64,000 nucleotides of DNA from Promethearchaeati archaeon (lineage in GTDB: Archaea > Asgardarchaeota > Heimdallarchaeia > Heimdallarchaeales > Heimdallarchaeaceae), in contig JABLTJ010000010.1 in assembly GCA_013166775.1 (NCBI GenBank), forward strand, positions 1 through 64,000, in the 5' to 3' direction. Below the pieces are notes generated by a model that worked only from the letters and a program-made list of their open reading frames with translations, did no database searches and was not told the DNA's origin. The translations under genes and the position numbers were made by a program. Below are positions 39,003-50,381 of the stretch, in pieces; positions within the stretch are counted from its first letter, which is position 1, and each line of letters opens with the position of its first letter.

Positions 39003-39866
39003 ATGAATGAACAGGAAAATTTCGATGAAATAGAAAAACAAAAGTTATTCTCTCCAATTATTATGTTTTTACTATTAAGCTTTGTAATAACTTGGGGATT
39101 ATCTTTGTTGTTTATCTATCCTCTCAATTTCATTTACCAGATGAGAAGCTTTGATAGTTTCATTGGTATTCTCTGTACTATTGCTGTTGGATTACAGAGT
39201 TTTGGTCCTACATTCGCAGCAATAATAACAATAGTTTATTATGAAGGTAAAAAAGGTTTGAAAGAATTTGGAAAACGTTTCATAAAAATCAAAGTCAAAT
39301 TTTATTGGTATCTCCTGGTTTTCTTTTTACCAGTGATAGTTTATTCTATACCTATCATAGCAAATCTGATTTTTGGTAATCCAAATAATTACTCTTACTT
39401 TGATACAAGTATTTGGGGTATAGATGTCTCTGTTATTATAATCAATATTGTTTTTGCAGGTTTAGCAGAAGAGCCTGGTTGGAGGGGATTTGCAGTTCCA
39501 GAGATGAGTAAGAAGCACCGACCAATCGTAACAGGTATGGTTATTGGTGTATTCTGGGCTGTATGGCACCTGTTATCGTATATTTACGGTGGAAGATCCT
39601 GGTCAACTTTTCCTCAGTTTGTTTTTACAGTTACTATTATCTCGTGTATCTATGTATGGATCTATATGAAAACAGAAAGTGTTCCCTTAATGATTATATT
39701 TCATGTTATGCATAATCTCTCAAATCGAGTATTTATTAAATACCATAAACCAATCTGGGGAGGTTTAATCTATCTTCTAGTTCTCTCTTTTATTATCATA
39801 CTTGATAGATCATTTGTATTTAAAAAACCAAACCTGCTGGATTCTGAAGAAGAGATTGATTCTTAG
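39003..39866 (+). CDS. CPBP family intramembrane protease
   Basis: EEPGWRG, WAVWH, HVMHN. Confidence 0.92.
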   Translation: MNEQENFDEIEKQKLFSPIIMFLLLSFVITWGLSLLFIYPLNFIYQMRSFDSFIGILCTIAVGLQSFGPTFAAIITIVYYEGKKGLKEFGKRFIKIKVKFYWYLLVFFLPVIVYSIPIIANLIFGNPNNYSYFDTSIWGIDVSVIIINIVFAGLAEEPGWRGFAVPEMSKKHRPIVTGMVIGVFWAVWHLLSYIYGGRSWSTFPQFVFTVTIISCIYVWIYMKTESVPLMIIFHVMHNLSNRVFIKYHKPIWGGLIYLLVLSFIIILDRSFVFKKPNLLDSEEEIDS

Positions 39867-39980
39867 ATCTTTAATGAAAACAATTTCCCAAAAACCTTTT
39901 TCTAAAATGAAAAATGTGTTTTATTCTAATAGATATATATAATCCGAAACACCATTCAATATTATATCAACATTATATTA

Positions 39981-40193
39981 GTGGTGAAATCATTGGATAG
40001 AAAAATCCTCAAAGAAAAACAAAGAGAATTAAAAGAAAATGTACGAGGAAAACCATACTTCAATACTATAAAACCAAAAATCCGTTTTACGATTGAAGTT
40101 TTCAAATTAATTTTTAAAGATATTAAATCTACTAGATTATTTCATTCTAAGAAATCGAAAACTCAAGACGAGAAATTGATTGAAGACTCATAA
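39981..40193 (+). CDS. Hypothetical small basic protein
   Basis: ORF only. Confidence 0.4.
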   Translation: MVKSLDRKILKEKQRELKENVRGKPYFNTIKPKIRFTIEVFKLIFKDIKSTRLFHSKKSKTQDEKLIEDS

Positions 40194-40268
40194 TTTCGCT
40201 TTAAGCGCGTTCTAAACTTGTTACTCGAAGCGGTTATACTTTTATACATATAACTGAAAAAATAGGAT

Positions 40269-41342
40269 ATGTCTAAATATTCTATTAAATCAAAATTAGG
40301 GGACTTAATGAAAAGTCCTAAGGCTAGAGCAGTTTTGGAGAAACATTTACCTGGAATCTCTAAAGATCCTCAGCTGAAGAGGGGATTTAAAATGACACTG
40401 AAGTTTATTGCTAATATGCCCGGTTCTGGTTTCCCCAAAGAGAAACTACCTGATATAGACGCTGATTTGCAGGCTATAATAGAGGATGATGAAGAACTTC
40501 TCTCAGTACAAGAAGATGTCGAAGAACCTATTCCCTCAACACTGGGTTATACTATCAAGGAAATTCCTGAAGCTACGAAAAGGTTGGAAGGAAAAGTTGT
40601 AGTTCTTACAGGTGCTAGCGCGGGGCTCGGAAAGCAGATGTCTATCCGTCTTGCTCAGGAAGGAGCAAAATTGGCTATATGTGCCAGATCAGTGGATAAG
40701 TTGAAGATCACAGCGGATTTATGCGAAGCTGAAGGAGCTGAAGTACTAGCTGAAAAGTGCGATGTCTCGAAATATGATGATTTGAAGAAATTTGTTGATA
40801 AGACAGTGAAGAAATTCGGAACTATTGATGTCCTTGTTAATAATGCAAATTATGAAGCAGATCGACAGCTTTTTCTAAATCAAGATGTGGAAGAATTAGA
40901 CAAAGCTTTACACACAGGTGTTTACGCCCACTGGCACTTGATGAAATTAAGCTATCCTTACATGAAAGGAAAATCCTCGTCAATAATCAATTTCACTTCA
41001 GGAACCTATCAAGTAGGTTTGGATTTGTATGCTTCTTATGCTGCTGATAAAGGAGCAATACGTGCTCTTTCTATGGTAGTTGCTCGTGAGTGGGGAGCTG
41101 ATGGCATTCGAGTGAATACAATTAGTCCTGTTGCCATTACCGATACCATCGTGGATAAACTTTCACCAGAATACTCCGCATGGGTAAAAGGTATGATGAA
41201 GGACAATGCTATGCAACGGGTTGGTGATCCTTATTCAGATATCGCACCAGTTTTGGTCTTCCTTGCCTCAGAGGAGAGCCGATGGATCACAGGACAGAAC
41301 ATCAATGTGGATGGAGGACAAAGAGAGACAATACATATTTAA
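40269..41342 (+). CDS. Short-chain dehydrogenase/reductase with ~70-aa N-terminal helical domain
   Basis: TGASAGLG, NNA, YAADK, IRVNTISP, ITGQNINVDGG. Confidence 0.9.
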   Translation: MSKYSIKSKLGDLMKSPKARAVLEKHLPGISKDPQLKRGFKMTLKFIANMPGSGFPKEKLPDIDADLQAIIEDDEELLSVQEDVEEPIPSTLGYTIKEIPEATKRLEGKVVVLTGASAGLGKQMSIRLAQEGAKLAICARSVDKLKITADLCEAEGAEVLAEKCDVSKYDDLKKFVDKTVKKFGTIDVLVNNANYEADRQLFLNQDVEELDKALHTGVYAHWHLMKLSYPYMKGKSSSIINFTSGTYQVGLDLYASYAADKGAIRALSMVVAREWGADGIRVNTISPVAITDTIVDKLSPEYSAWVKGMMKDNAMQRVGDPYSDIAPVLVFLASEESRWITGQNINVDGGQRETIHI

Positions 41343-41513
41343 TCCATGTTGAAGGATATTCAGTTTATTTTGAGCTTGTATCCTCCTACTTTCTTCTTTC
41401 TTTATCAAAAAGACAAATAATTTTTTTATTAGTTACTGATGGACAATTAACTTTACGAACTAAATTTGATGAAATAATTTCAGAGTACTTTATATTCTAT
41501 TACATTGAAAATC

Positions 41514-42095
41514 TTATTTCTGTTCAAGTTTTTTTGCTAAGAAAATGTATTTTCCCCATTTTTTTTCCTCTCCTGAAAATCTAACTTCTTCATGTATTAT
41601 CTCCCATTTATTATTAGACTCTTTTAGTGCATTCTTTAGTAAACCCTCTCTCAAAGATAAGCTCCCTATGCGTTCATTTGAATAAGGAACTTTTATGAAA
41701 AGTAAACCCCCTTCTTTAGTATTCTCTATAAATTTGTTAAGAATACCTATTTGTTCAATTTGATAAAAGAAATAATGAAATATGTAACTTAATACAATGA
41801 TATCAAATTTCTCGGAGAAGCTGTATTCCTGAATATCACAAACCACTCCTTTAACCTTAGAATTCTCACGTTTAGCTTTTTCATTCATTATGTCAATAGC
41901 TATCTCAGACATATCAATCCCAATAACATCATAACCTAATGATGCAAGATAGAAACTGTTTCTCCCAAGACCACAAGCAACATCTAAGGCTTTTCCATTA
42001 TCTACTTCTTCTAGAAACTCTACCAAATCTTCGTCAGGTTCATCAACAAAACAAAAAGCGTAATACCACTCTTCATCAGAAGACATAATGTACAC
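41514..42095 (-). CDS. Class I SAM-dependent methyltransferase (TehB-like)
   Basis: ALDVACGLGRNS, FDIIV, GGLL. Confidence 0.9.
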   Translation of the reverse strand: MYIMSSDEEWYYAFCFVDEPDEDLVEFLEEVDNGKALDVACGLGRNSFYLASLGYDVIGIDMSEIAIDIMNEKAKRENSKVKGVVCDIQEYSFSEKFDIIVLSYIFHYFFYQIEQIGILNKFIENTKEGGLLFIKVPYSNERIGSLSLREGLLKNALKESNNKWEIIHEEVRFSGEEKKWGKYIFLAKKLEQK

Positions 42096-42163
42096 AATAT
42101 CAAAAAAATCAAATAAATCTTCTTATTTCAAATATAAAATTGCAAGTTAGCTTATTTACATGT

Positions 42164-43390
42164 TTAAGATTCTAGATTTTTCTTGTTCTTTTTGAAGAAC
42201 CTGAGTATACTCTTTTCTTTCTTTATTCTCATTCCAAATAGGAAACGCAAAGTATTCTCTTCTCTGATGATTAGTAATAATAGGGAGGTTGCTACAAATG
42301 CTGATACTACAATAATTATGTATTTCGCAAAAATCGCTAGATTCAGGGGTATCACAAAGAAACCTATCACTATTATAACTGTTTGATGAATGATATAGAA
42401 AGGTAAAACTAATTCATTAAGATATCTTCTACTTTTAGTGTTTTTGTTTAAGAATTTGCTACCCATAGCAAAAAGTACTATTAACCAGCTCCAAGCATAG
42501 ATATCAGCTAATACTAAGAATAACAGATCATTTGGGAAGAAGAATTGCGAAACTCCAAGTAAGACAGCTGTAACTAATACAATAATCACTGAGGGAATAG
42601 CATGTTTCTCGATTGTTGTTTTAAACTCCTTATCTAATGCAAATGCGAAACCATAGACGAAGAACAAGAACTGTGACATAGGTGTCCAACCACCAAATAA
42701 TGGAATTATACCACCTAGAATGCCATTAAGAAATTCAAATAGGAAAACAGGTATTATCAGCAGAAAAATCATTCCTGGTTTTCTGAAAAAAGCTGTAATT
42801 TTTAGAAATCCAGTTTTAGTATTTTCCTTTCTTAAAAATAAGAATAAAGGAAATGCGATTATTGAGAATCCAAAAAGCAGAAGAAGAAACCATAAGTGAT
42901 GACCAAAAATTGCAAAATTTCCTCCTAGTTCATAAATTCCTTTGAAGATTTTTGGATAATAAGCAAAATAAGAACCTGAAAATTCTGAATAATAAATTCT
43001 TTCCAAGTAAACTTGTAATGGAATGTGAGTAAATATGCCAATTATGAATGGTACCATTAAACGAACTGATCTATCAAGTAAATACTTGCTATTTTTTATG
43101 TTTCTGCTTTTCATAAATTCTATAGCGTAGTAAGTGCTCATACCGGCTAGTATGAAGAAGAATGGCATTCCAAATCCGCCAAGGTAATAAACAAATGCAG
43201 TCATACCAATAGAACTTTCAGCATTCATTATATGCCAAGGAAGATCTTCGCCTTGAAAGAAACGAGCACTATGAAAGATGAATACAAGAATAATTGCAAT
43301 AACTCTCAACCAATCTAAATCATACCTTCTTTCCTGCAGTTTTGGTGCAGATGTGGAGGTTTTGTCTAATACTTTGCTCATATTTATCAC
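42164..43390 (-). CDS. Acyltransferase-3 family (OpgC/MdoC-like), copy 1
   Basis: RRYDLDWLR..H, MPFFF, RLMVP, HHLWFL, PFYIIHQ. Confidence 0.9.
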   Translation of the reverse strand: MINMSKVLDKTSTSAPKLQERRYDLDWLRVIAIILVFIFHSARFFQGEDLPWHIMNAESSIGMTAFVYYLGGFGMPFFFILAGMSTYYAIEFMKSRNIKNSKYLLDRSVRLMVPFIIGIFTHIPLQVYLERIYYSEFSGSYFAYYPKIFKGIYELGGNFAIFGHHLWFLLLLFGFSIIAFPLFLFLRKENTKTGFLKITAFFRKPGMIFLLIIPVFLFEFLNGILGGIIPLFGGWTPMSQFLFFVYGFAFALDKEFKTTIEKHAIPSVIIVLVTAVLLGVSQFFFPNDLLFLVLADIYAWSWLIVLFAMGSKFLNKNTKSRRYLNELVLPFYIIHQTVIIVIGFFVIPLNLAIFAKYIIIVVSAFVATSLLLLIIREENTLRFLFGMRIKKEKSILRFFKKNKKNLES

Positions 43391-44647
43391 CTAATTCTCT
43401 GATATCTCTTTTTTTCTTATAAATCGAAGAATTCCTTTTTCTTTCTTAATTCGCATTCCAAAGACAAATCTTGAAGAATTGAATTCTCTAATGATAATTA
43501 AAAGTAGGAAATTTGCAATGAAAGCACTAACGAGTATAATTAGATATTTAACGATAATTGATAATTCTAATTGAACTACGAAATAACCTATTATTCCTAC
43601 AACAACAAAATGGATAATGTAAAACGGAAGAACTAGTTCATTGAGGAATTTTCGGGCTTTACTATCCTTGTTCAAAAATTTTTCTCCTAAATTTATTATC
43701 AATATAAGTAAACTAAAAGCGTAAATAGTTCGAAGTAAATAGAAAATTGCTTCGATGTAATGAAAACTTGGATTAACATAGAGATCATCTAGAAATCGCA
43801 AATTTAAGAAAACTAATGGGACTGCGGTGACAACTGTCAAAATTATAGCTAGTTTGTTGTTCTTCTTTAATGACTGTCTAAATTGCTTATCATATGCGAA
43901 AAAAAATCCATAGATATAGAAGAAGATGTAAGAAATAAAATCCCAACCTCCTAATCTTCCGAGACTAAACCATGTTTCATTTGTATTGTGCAAAACTTCT
44001 ATAATGTAAATGGGAATAATCAGAAAGAAAAGTATCCCTGGTTTATTCATAAAAGATGCAATTTTAGATATACAAGAACGATTTTTCTCTTTTCGTAATA
44101 GAATGAAAGGGTAAAATAAAATCATAGATATAACAAATAGTATGACAAGAAACCATAAGTGATGACCGAAGAGAGAAAAATTCCCTCCAAAACCATAAAA
44201 GCCTTTGAAATATTGCGGATAGAATGCAAAAAAAGAGACAGTATTTGGATCTAAAAATCCTTTATTTGCCCACTCAAGATAAACTAAGATAGAAATATAA
44301 GTTAACATACCGATGAAATATGGTACTAAAAGTCTAAGGAACCTAACAAGAACATATCTATTATTCTTAATCCCTCTCTTTTCCATAAATCCTATAGCAT
44401 AGAATGCACTCATTCCAGCGATTAAAAAGAACAAAGGAATCCCCATAGCTGTTACGAATGTCATTCCTATCGAGATATTAACATTAGTTTCAGCATTTTT
44501 AATATTCAAACCTTCAGCGTCAAAAAACTTAGTACAATGATAAACAAATACCATGAATATCGCAATTATCCTTAACCAGTCCAAATCATATCTTCTTTCT
44601 AAACTAGAGAAAGTAGAAATTACAACTGCTTCATCTATTTCATTCAT
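43391..44647 (-). CDS. Acyltransferase-3 family (OpgC/MdoC-like), copy 2
   Basis: Same motifs as copy 1. Confidence 0.9.
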   Translation of the reverse strand: MNEIDEAVVISTFSSLERRYDLDWLRIIAIFMVFVYHCTKFFDAEGLNIKNAETNVNISIGMTFVTAMGIPLFFLIAGMSAFYAIGFMEKRGIKNNRYVLVRFLRLLVPYFIGMLTYISILVYLEWANKGFLDPNTVSFFAFYPQYFKGFYGFGGNFSLFGHHLWFLVILFVISMILFYPFILLRKEKNRSCISKIASFMNKPGILFFLIIPIYIIEVLHNTNETWFSLGRLGGWDFISYIFFYIYGFFFAYDKQFRQSLKKNNKLAIILTVVTAVPLVFLNLRFLDDLYVNPSFHYIEAIFYLLRTIYAFSLLILIINLGEKFLNKDSKARKFLNELVLPFYIIHFVVVGIIGYFVVQLELSIIVKYLIILVSAFIANFLLLIIIREFNSSRFVFGMRIKKEKGILRFIRKKEISEN

Positions 44648-45900
44648 TCGATCACCTTTTCCTTACGAAAATATCTAAACAGTCCCTTCTCTTTTTTAAC
44701 TCTCATTCCAAACAGAAATCTAAGAGAATTGAACTCCCTTATTATTAACAGTAAAAGAAGAATTCCTATTAGTGATGAAGAAATGATTATCAGATACTTC
44801 CATATTATTGCAATATTAAGTTGAATAATGAAAAATCCGATTACAATCAATAGAGTCTGATGAAGTATGTAGAACGGAAGAACTAATTCATTCAAGAATT
44901 TCCTTGCTTTACTTTCTTTATTCAAGTACTTCTCTCCAGCATATAGAATAACAATTAACCAGCTCCATGCAAAAATAGTTCTAAAAAACCAAAATAGTAA
45001 GATAATATACGAGAATCCTTCTGGTGGAGTAATGAATAGTTCATCAAATTTGAAATTTATTAGAATACCGAGAGTTACTCCTGATAAAATCCCTATAATT
45101 AATGATGCTTTAACATGCTTCTTGATTATTTCTTTGAACTGTTTATCATATGCTAAGATGAATCCATAAATGTATAGAACTAGAAGTGAAATTATATTCC
45201 ACCCACCAAAACGAGGAATATCAGTTAAAAACATTGTATAGATGAACTCTAGAATAAACAAGGGTAAAGGGAATAGATAAATCATTCCTGGAATTGAGAA
45301 AAATTTAGCGAATTTTGCTAACCCCTTACGTCTCTTCTCCTTTCTCATGAAGTTGAATAAATTATATGTAAGAAGTGTGAAAATAAAAAGCAAAACTAGA
45401 AACCATAAATGGTGTCCATAGAAAGCAAAATTTCCTCCATTAAAACCATAAAGACCATTGAAATAATCAGGATAAAACTCAAAAAAAGATCCTGAAAAAA
45501 CTCCTGTATTAACTCTTTCAAGATAAACCTGGAGAGTTATATGTGTGACTAAACCTACGGAAAAAGGAATCATTAATCTAATAAATCTTAGTAAAACATA
45601 TTTTCTCCCTTTTATCTCTCTAGCTTCTAAGAAACCCATAGCATAGAAAGTTCCAAGACCTGCGATTGTGAAAAATAATGGCATACCTATAGCTGTCAGA
45701 AAAGACATATATCCTGTAATCATTGGATTCGTTTCTGCATTTCGAAGATGCCAGTCTTCTGCGTCAAAGAATCTTGTTCCATGATAAACAAAGACTAGGA
45801 ATATAGCAATTATTCTTAGCCAGTCTATATCATATCTCCTCTCTAACAGAGTAAAAGTAGGTACTGAAGCAGAATCAGAGTTTGAATCCAAATTTACCAC
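44644..45900 (-). CDS. Acyltransferase-3 family (OpgC/MdoC-like), copy 3
   Basis: Same motifs as copy 1. Confidence 0.9.
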   Translation of the reverse strand: MVNLDSNSDSASVPTFTLLERRYDIDWLRIIAIFLVFVYHGTRFFDAEDWHLRNAETNPMITGYMSFLTAIGMPLFFTIAGLGTFYAMGFLEAREIKGRKYVLLRFIRLMIPFSVGLVTHITLQVYLERVNTGVFSGSFFEFYPDYFNGLYGFNGGNFAFYGHHLWFLVLLFIFTLLTYNLFNFMRKEKRRKGLAKFAKFFSIPGMIYLFPLPLFILEFIYTMFLTDIPRFGGWNIISLLVLYIYGFILAYDKQFKEIIKKHVKASLIIGILSGVTLGILINFKFDELFITPPEGFSYIILLFWFFRTIFAWSWLIVILYAGEKYLNKESKARKFLNELVLPFYILHQTLLIVIGFFIIQLNIAIIWKYLIIISSSLIGILLLLLIIREFNSLRFLFGMRVKKEKGLFRYFRKEKVIE

Positions 45901-46253
45901 TTCAAGCCTTAAATAAGGCGTTTAATAGTTTTTAAAGAATTTGAATAATATAAATTTTCCCCACATTTTAGAAATGGATCAAAATTCACTAAAAATGCTT
46001 GTTTTAAGGTCTACTTCCAAGAAGGGAGACTAACCAAGAAGGTATGTTCTAATTTAATATCTATTCAGAGAAAGAGAATAGAATTGGTTGGCTCAATGAT
46101 CAATTTTTACCTCAAATATACATACTTTTTGTTAACCTCTCTCGAAAGCTTTATTAGTAAAAATGTGATATATTCTAGTATATTTCCTAAGAAAAAAAAG
46201 AAATTAGGCAATAAGACCAATTACTATAAAATTTAGTCTTTAGAGGGTTCAGA

Positions 46254-49200
46254 TTGAGAATAATCTATGCTAAAATAATTGTAGTAGCAATTATGATTTC
46301 AAGCCCCCTCTTTTTACAAAATTTCAATAACGCTACACCATTTGATAATATACTATCTAATACATTATCAAATAATAACAATAGTTTAAATAATAAAACT
46401 AATGAGCTTGAACATTTGAAGCAATCTCCTTTTAGTTATACTCCCATAACTTCTCATTCCTCAGAAGGGGTTAACCTCAATGTTAGTGATAAAATATCTT
46501 TTTCTCACAGTTTCTCTTTAAATCTTGATTCTACGAATCACTATACCAATTCTTACTCTATTAACTCTTTTACTGGATATACTCCAGAGTTATTTTACAA
46601 TATAACTGACATCACTGCAATTCCTGAGTATTTCCCTGTAGAAACTTCTTGGGGAGGTTCAAATATAGAATTAGCATACAACCAGTATTTATCTATCCTT
46701 CAAGGTTTTGATGTTCCATGGGATTATGCGGAATTTGTTGGAGCGGATATTTATCTAGAAACAGTTGGGAGTGGTTCTCTAGGAAGTGTTGAACTTGAAT
46801 TGTGGTTGATAGAAGATGAAGGAGTATTTCCTGATATGAACAATCCAAATAATCTCTCTTTTGATTTTTCTGCTCCTTATACAAATGCAAATCCTGTCCC
46901 TTCAGCTGCTACAAACAATTTTACTTTTTATGATTTTAATGATACTATAATTCCTAAAGGAGATTATTTCATAGTAGCAAATTTATCAGTTGTAGATATA
47001 ACAGATCCAAGTCAAAGATTTGCATGGAACTACAAAACAGGTGTGCCGTATAATGGTAAAAGCTATCTTTGGGATCAATCTGCAACATGGCTGAATCGAA
47101 CAAACAATTATGATTTTCCATTAATTCCAAAATTGCTCCCGTTAGACATAAATAAAAATCCTAAGACATTCACAAACCCTGCAAGTGCTAATCTAACTGA
47201 TAACGGAAACCCAATAACAACTGTAAATCAATTAATATTAGGAACTGGAGCTCACGATCTTTCAACAAATCTGTCAATTTCAATTTCATTTAATAATAGT
47301 TATTCTTACTTAAGAACATATAATGGATTATCATCTTTCCATGCATGTAATTCTACATTTTTAGATTACAGCATTTATTGGAATATAAGCTGGAGTGTTG
47401 ACCAAATAGATTTTTCTCCTTATTCAAATCCCGAAAGAGAACATATACTGCTTTCTCCATCAGATTGGAATACAAGTTTTTATACAATATTAGTTAACAA
47501 TACTACTCCTACAGATATCACTCGAATATCCGCTGGTTATCTTATAGATTTAGATCTTCTTATACAGAACAAAAATTATTTTGCAGCAGATTTGAAATTG
47601 GATACAACGAGTCCAAATTATCTCTATAGCACTTGTAACACTAATGGAACTCTTGAAACAAATTCCTACCGTCTAGGTTATTGGACACCTATAAATATTA
47701 CTCATTCTTTGGGTGTAGAAGGTTCTTCAATTAACTGCGAAGTGTGTATTAAAGACATATCTCTTCTAGATATCTCCATGGGAGAACTAAATCTTTCAAT
47801 TTACAATCCAGAAGGAAATATTAATCCACTTAAAATTAATGGTTTTGATAACTTAACCTACATAGATACAAGTTTTTATTCCATAGTTGAATCAGATCAA
47901 ATATCTCCAGGAATTTATCAAGTAAGTACTGCTTTTGATCCTTCAGTTTATGGATCTGATCAACCTGGATATTGGACTCTTACTTATTTCTGGAATAATG
48001 GTACAGAAGTTGGATTCTTCTCAAGAAGAATATCTGTAAATATATATACTTCAGCATTGTTTGAGTGGCAAGTAACTCCTGATACTGATATTTGGACTTT
48101 TGATAATTCCGAAAAAATAAAAAGAATCTTTGGCGACACATTAAATGTTAGGGTCCGATGTTATAGTAAAACAGAACCTTTTTTCTCTGGAGAAGGAGTC
48201 TATATATCTAGCGCAAACGTAACCTATCAAACAAGTATGTTAGAAGAAGGTGAATTAACCTTTCTTGAACCATTCTACAGCTCTTCAATTCCCCTCCTTT
48301 ATGAACCAGGAGAGTATTATGTTATGTTATATGCAAGTGGGTTATTCCATGATTCTTCTTCTATTCAGATACCTGTAACGGTATATCATCAATTTTCGAT
48401 TGAAACATCTAAAACTGATTATTATCTAAATTTCAGTAATTCTGTAGGTATAAAGTTTCAGCTGAATGACATTTCAAATCTAAGTAAAATAATAACTCCC
48501 GATGATATAGTAATATCAATAAACAGCACTATTGTGAATTCCAATTATTATTCAAACAGTTCAATAAATGATCAAATCGAAATACTTCTTGATACGTCAT
48601 TTCTTGGGTTAGAAATAGGAATATATGAATTTGGAATAATGGTTTCAAAGAAATTCTTCTTAGAGGATTATAATCATGAAAATGAAACTGTATCGGTTTA
48701 TTTACATATTGAAGAAATTTCTTCCGTTGTAAATAATGTTAATTTTAATAATACTATCTATCATAACAATCAAACAATTATTTCCTTTAGCTACTATGAT
48801 ACAAATCATTCTGAGTTTATATCAGATGCATCTGTTTCAGTATATGCTGATATTAATGAATATGAAGTAATTTCAATCTATTCAAATAATGAAGCTTATT
48901 ATGTTTTACTTAGAATATATGAACCATCAGTTAATTCTTTGAATGTGTTTCTTAATGTTTCTAAAGCAGGATATTGCTCCATACTCAATCTACATCTAGC
49001 AACATTGAATATAAAACCTAATGAAATCATTTCCCCTACTAGTCCACCAAATCCTGCTTCTTTGATAGCTTTGATAATTGTTGTATCTATGATAATTATA
49101 ATTTCTGTATCAATAATTATTTTTATTCAAGTAAAACGAAAGAAAAAAAAGAGATTAGTTAAAACACAAATTGAATTAGAACGTGCTAGAAATATTTTTC

Positions 49201-49823
49201 AAAGCGTTATCTTAACGAAAAAAATACTGATTGTTCATCATCAAACAAGCTTACCAGTTTTTTATCTTGATTTAGAAGCTAAAAGTGAACTAGATTCTGC
49301 ACTTGTTTCTGGAATTCTTGAAGCGATTTCTTCAATAGGAACTGAAATTTCTGGATCACCATCTGGTATTAAGAAGATAGAATATTATGATTTTGAAGTT
49401 TCTAGGGCTTATAGCGGTGCTTTTGCAATCTATCTATTTTCGGATAATCTTGTATGCAATGAAATATTTGATGGTTTATCTAACATAATTAATTGGTTTG
49501 ACATTACCTTTAGTCATCAATCTGTGGGATGGGATGGATCGATGAATATTTTTACAGAATTCCAAGAGTTAATTGAAGAGAAAATCTCTGAAGAAATTTA
49601 CCTATGGTTATTATATTCCATTGAACTCTCTTCGGAAGGGTTAGATTTTTCTAGAAAGCTTTCAAAAATTGATAAGGAAATTATCGGTTTTCTAACTACT
49701 AATGGAAAAACTTCTGTAGCTGTGATTCTTGATAGATTAGAAAAATACGAGAAAGAAGAAATTTTAGTAGCTCTTTTCATTTTATTTGAGGAGGGAAGAA
49801 TAGTTGGAGAAGAATCTCTATAG
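46254..49823 (+). CDS. Large single-pass surface protein with cytoplasmic longin-like and winged-helix domains
   Basis: Signal-like N-terminus, ~900-aa beta-rich region with many N-x-S/T sequons, one TM then KRKKKKR, then KKILIVHH.TSLP...SGILEAISSIG.E. Confidence 0.8.
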   Translation: MRIIYAKIIVVAIMISSPLFLQNFNNATPFDNILSNTLSNNNNSLNNKTNELEHLKQSPFSYTPITSHSSEGVNLNVSDKISFSHSFSLNLDSTNHYTNSYSINSFTGYTPELFYNITDITAIPEYFPVETSWGGSNIELAYNQYLSILQGFDVPWDYAEFVGADIYLETVGSGSLGSVELELWLIEDEGVFPDMNNPNNLSFDFSAPYTNANPVPSAATNNFTFYDFNDTIIPKGDYFIVANLSVVDITDPSQRFAWNYKTGVPYNGKSYLWDQSATWLNRTNNYDFPLIPKLLPLDINKNPKTFTNPASANLTDNGNPITTVNQLILGTGAHDLSTNLSISISFNNSYSYLRTYNGLSSFHACNSTFLDYSIYWNISWSVDQIDFSPYSNPEREHILLSPSDWNTSFYTILVNNTTPTDITRISAGYLIDLDLLIQNKNYFAADLKLDTTSPNYLYSTCNTNGTLETNSYRLGYWTPINITHSLGVEGSSINCEVCIKDISLLDISMGELNLSIYNPEGNINPLKINGFDNLTYIDTSFYSIVESDQISPGIYQVSTAFDPSVYGSDQPGYWTLTYFWNNGTEVGFFSRRISVNIYTSALFEWQVTPDTDIWTFDNSEKIKRIFGDTLNVRVRCYSKTEPFFSGEGVYISSANVTYQTSMLEEGELTFLEPFYSSSIPLLYEPGEYYVMLYASGLFHDSSSIQIPVTVYHQFSIETSKTDYYLNFSNSVGIKFQLNDISNLSKIITPDDIVISINSTIVNSNYYSNSSINDQIEILLDTSFLGLEIGIYEFGIMVSKKFFLEDYNHENETVSVYLHIEEISSVVNNVNFNNTIYHNNQTIISFSYYDTNHSEFISDASVSVYADINEYEVISIYSNNEAYYVLLRIYEPSVNSLNVFLNVSKAGYCSILNLHLATLNIKPNEIISPTSPPNPASLIALIIVVSMIIIISVSIIIFIQVKRKKKKRLVKTQIELERARNIFQSVILTKKILIVHHQTSLPVFYLDLEAKSELDSALVSGILEAISSIGTEISGSPSGIKKIEYYDFEVSRAYSGAFAIYLFSDNLVCNEIFDGLSNIINWFDITFSHQSVGWDGSMNIFTEFQELIEEKISEEIYLWLLYSIELSSEGLDFSRKLSKIDKEIIGFLTTNGKTSVAVILDRLEKYEKEEILVALFILFEEGRIVGEESL

Positions 49824-49916
49824 GTATTAGTGATTTGCATTTCTTTCTTATTTTCTCTTTTTTCAAAAAAAATGCAACTTTCCTCTAGAAAATTTAATCA
49901 CAAAAATATTTAAATA

Positions 49917-50381
49917 TTGATATTATTAGTTTTTTTTTGCAAGAGTGATAATCTGAATGATATACTAGATTTTAGTAAGAAATACTGGCTCGATGAAAAT
50001 TGTGCGAGAACCACTGCTTGTGGAATACTTGATTACTACAAATATACAGATGCAAGTGAAATTCTATTCAAATCCTTTGCTCCTTTTGGTGAAGGTCTTG
50101 GGGAAAGACTAACTTGTGGATCTGTTATTGGTTCTTTAGCTGCTCTGAGTTACATCCTTTCTGAAAAGGTTCTAAGTAAACAAGAAATATTAAAAAAGGC
50201 AGATATTTTCAAAGAATCTTTTCGAGAGGAATTTGGAACTATACAATGTTCTGCTATACTTCAACCATATTTAAAACAAAACGAATCCTACCCAAGCGAT
50301 CCTGTCAGACTGGATATTTGTACAAAAACAATTAAAAAAGCAGTTTTAGAAGTGGAACGAATTATTGAATCCTTGAGTTGA
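49917..50381 (+). CDS. C_GCAxxG_C_C family putative redox protein
   Basis: NCART, G.GLG..TCGS, IQC and a terminal Cys; paralog of 15594. Confidence 0.8.
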   Translation: MILLVFFCKSDNLNDILDFSKKYWLDENCARTTACGILDYYKYTDASEILFKSFAPFGEGLGERLTCGSVIGSLAALSYILSEKVLSKQEILKKADIFKESFREEFGTIQCSAILQPYLKQNESYPSDPVRLDICTKTIKKAVLEVERIIESLS

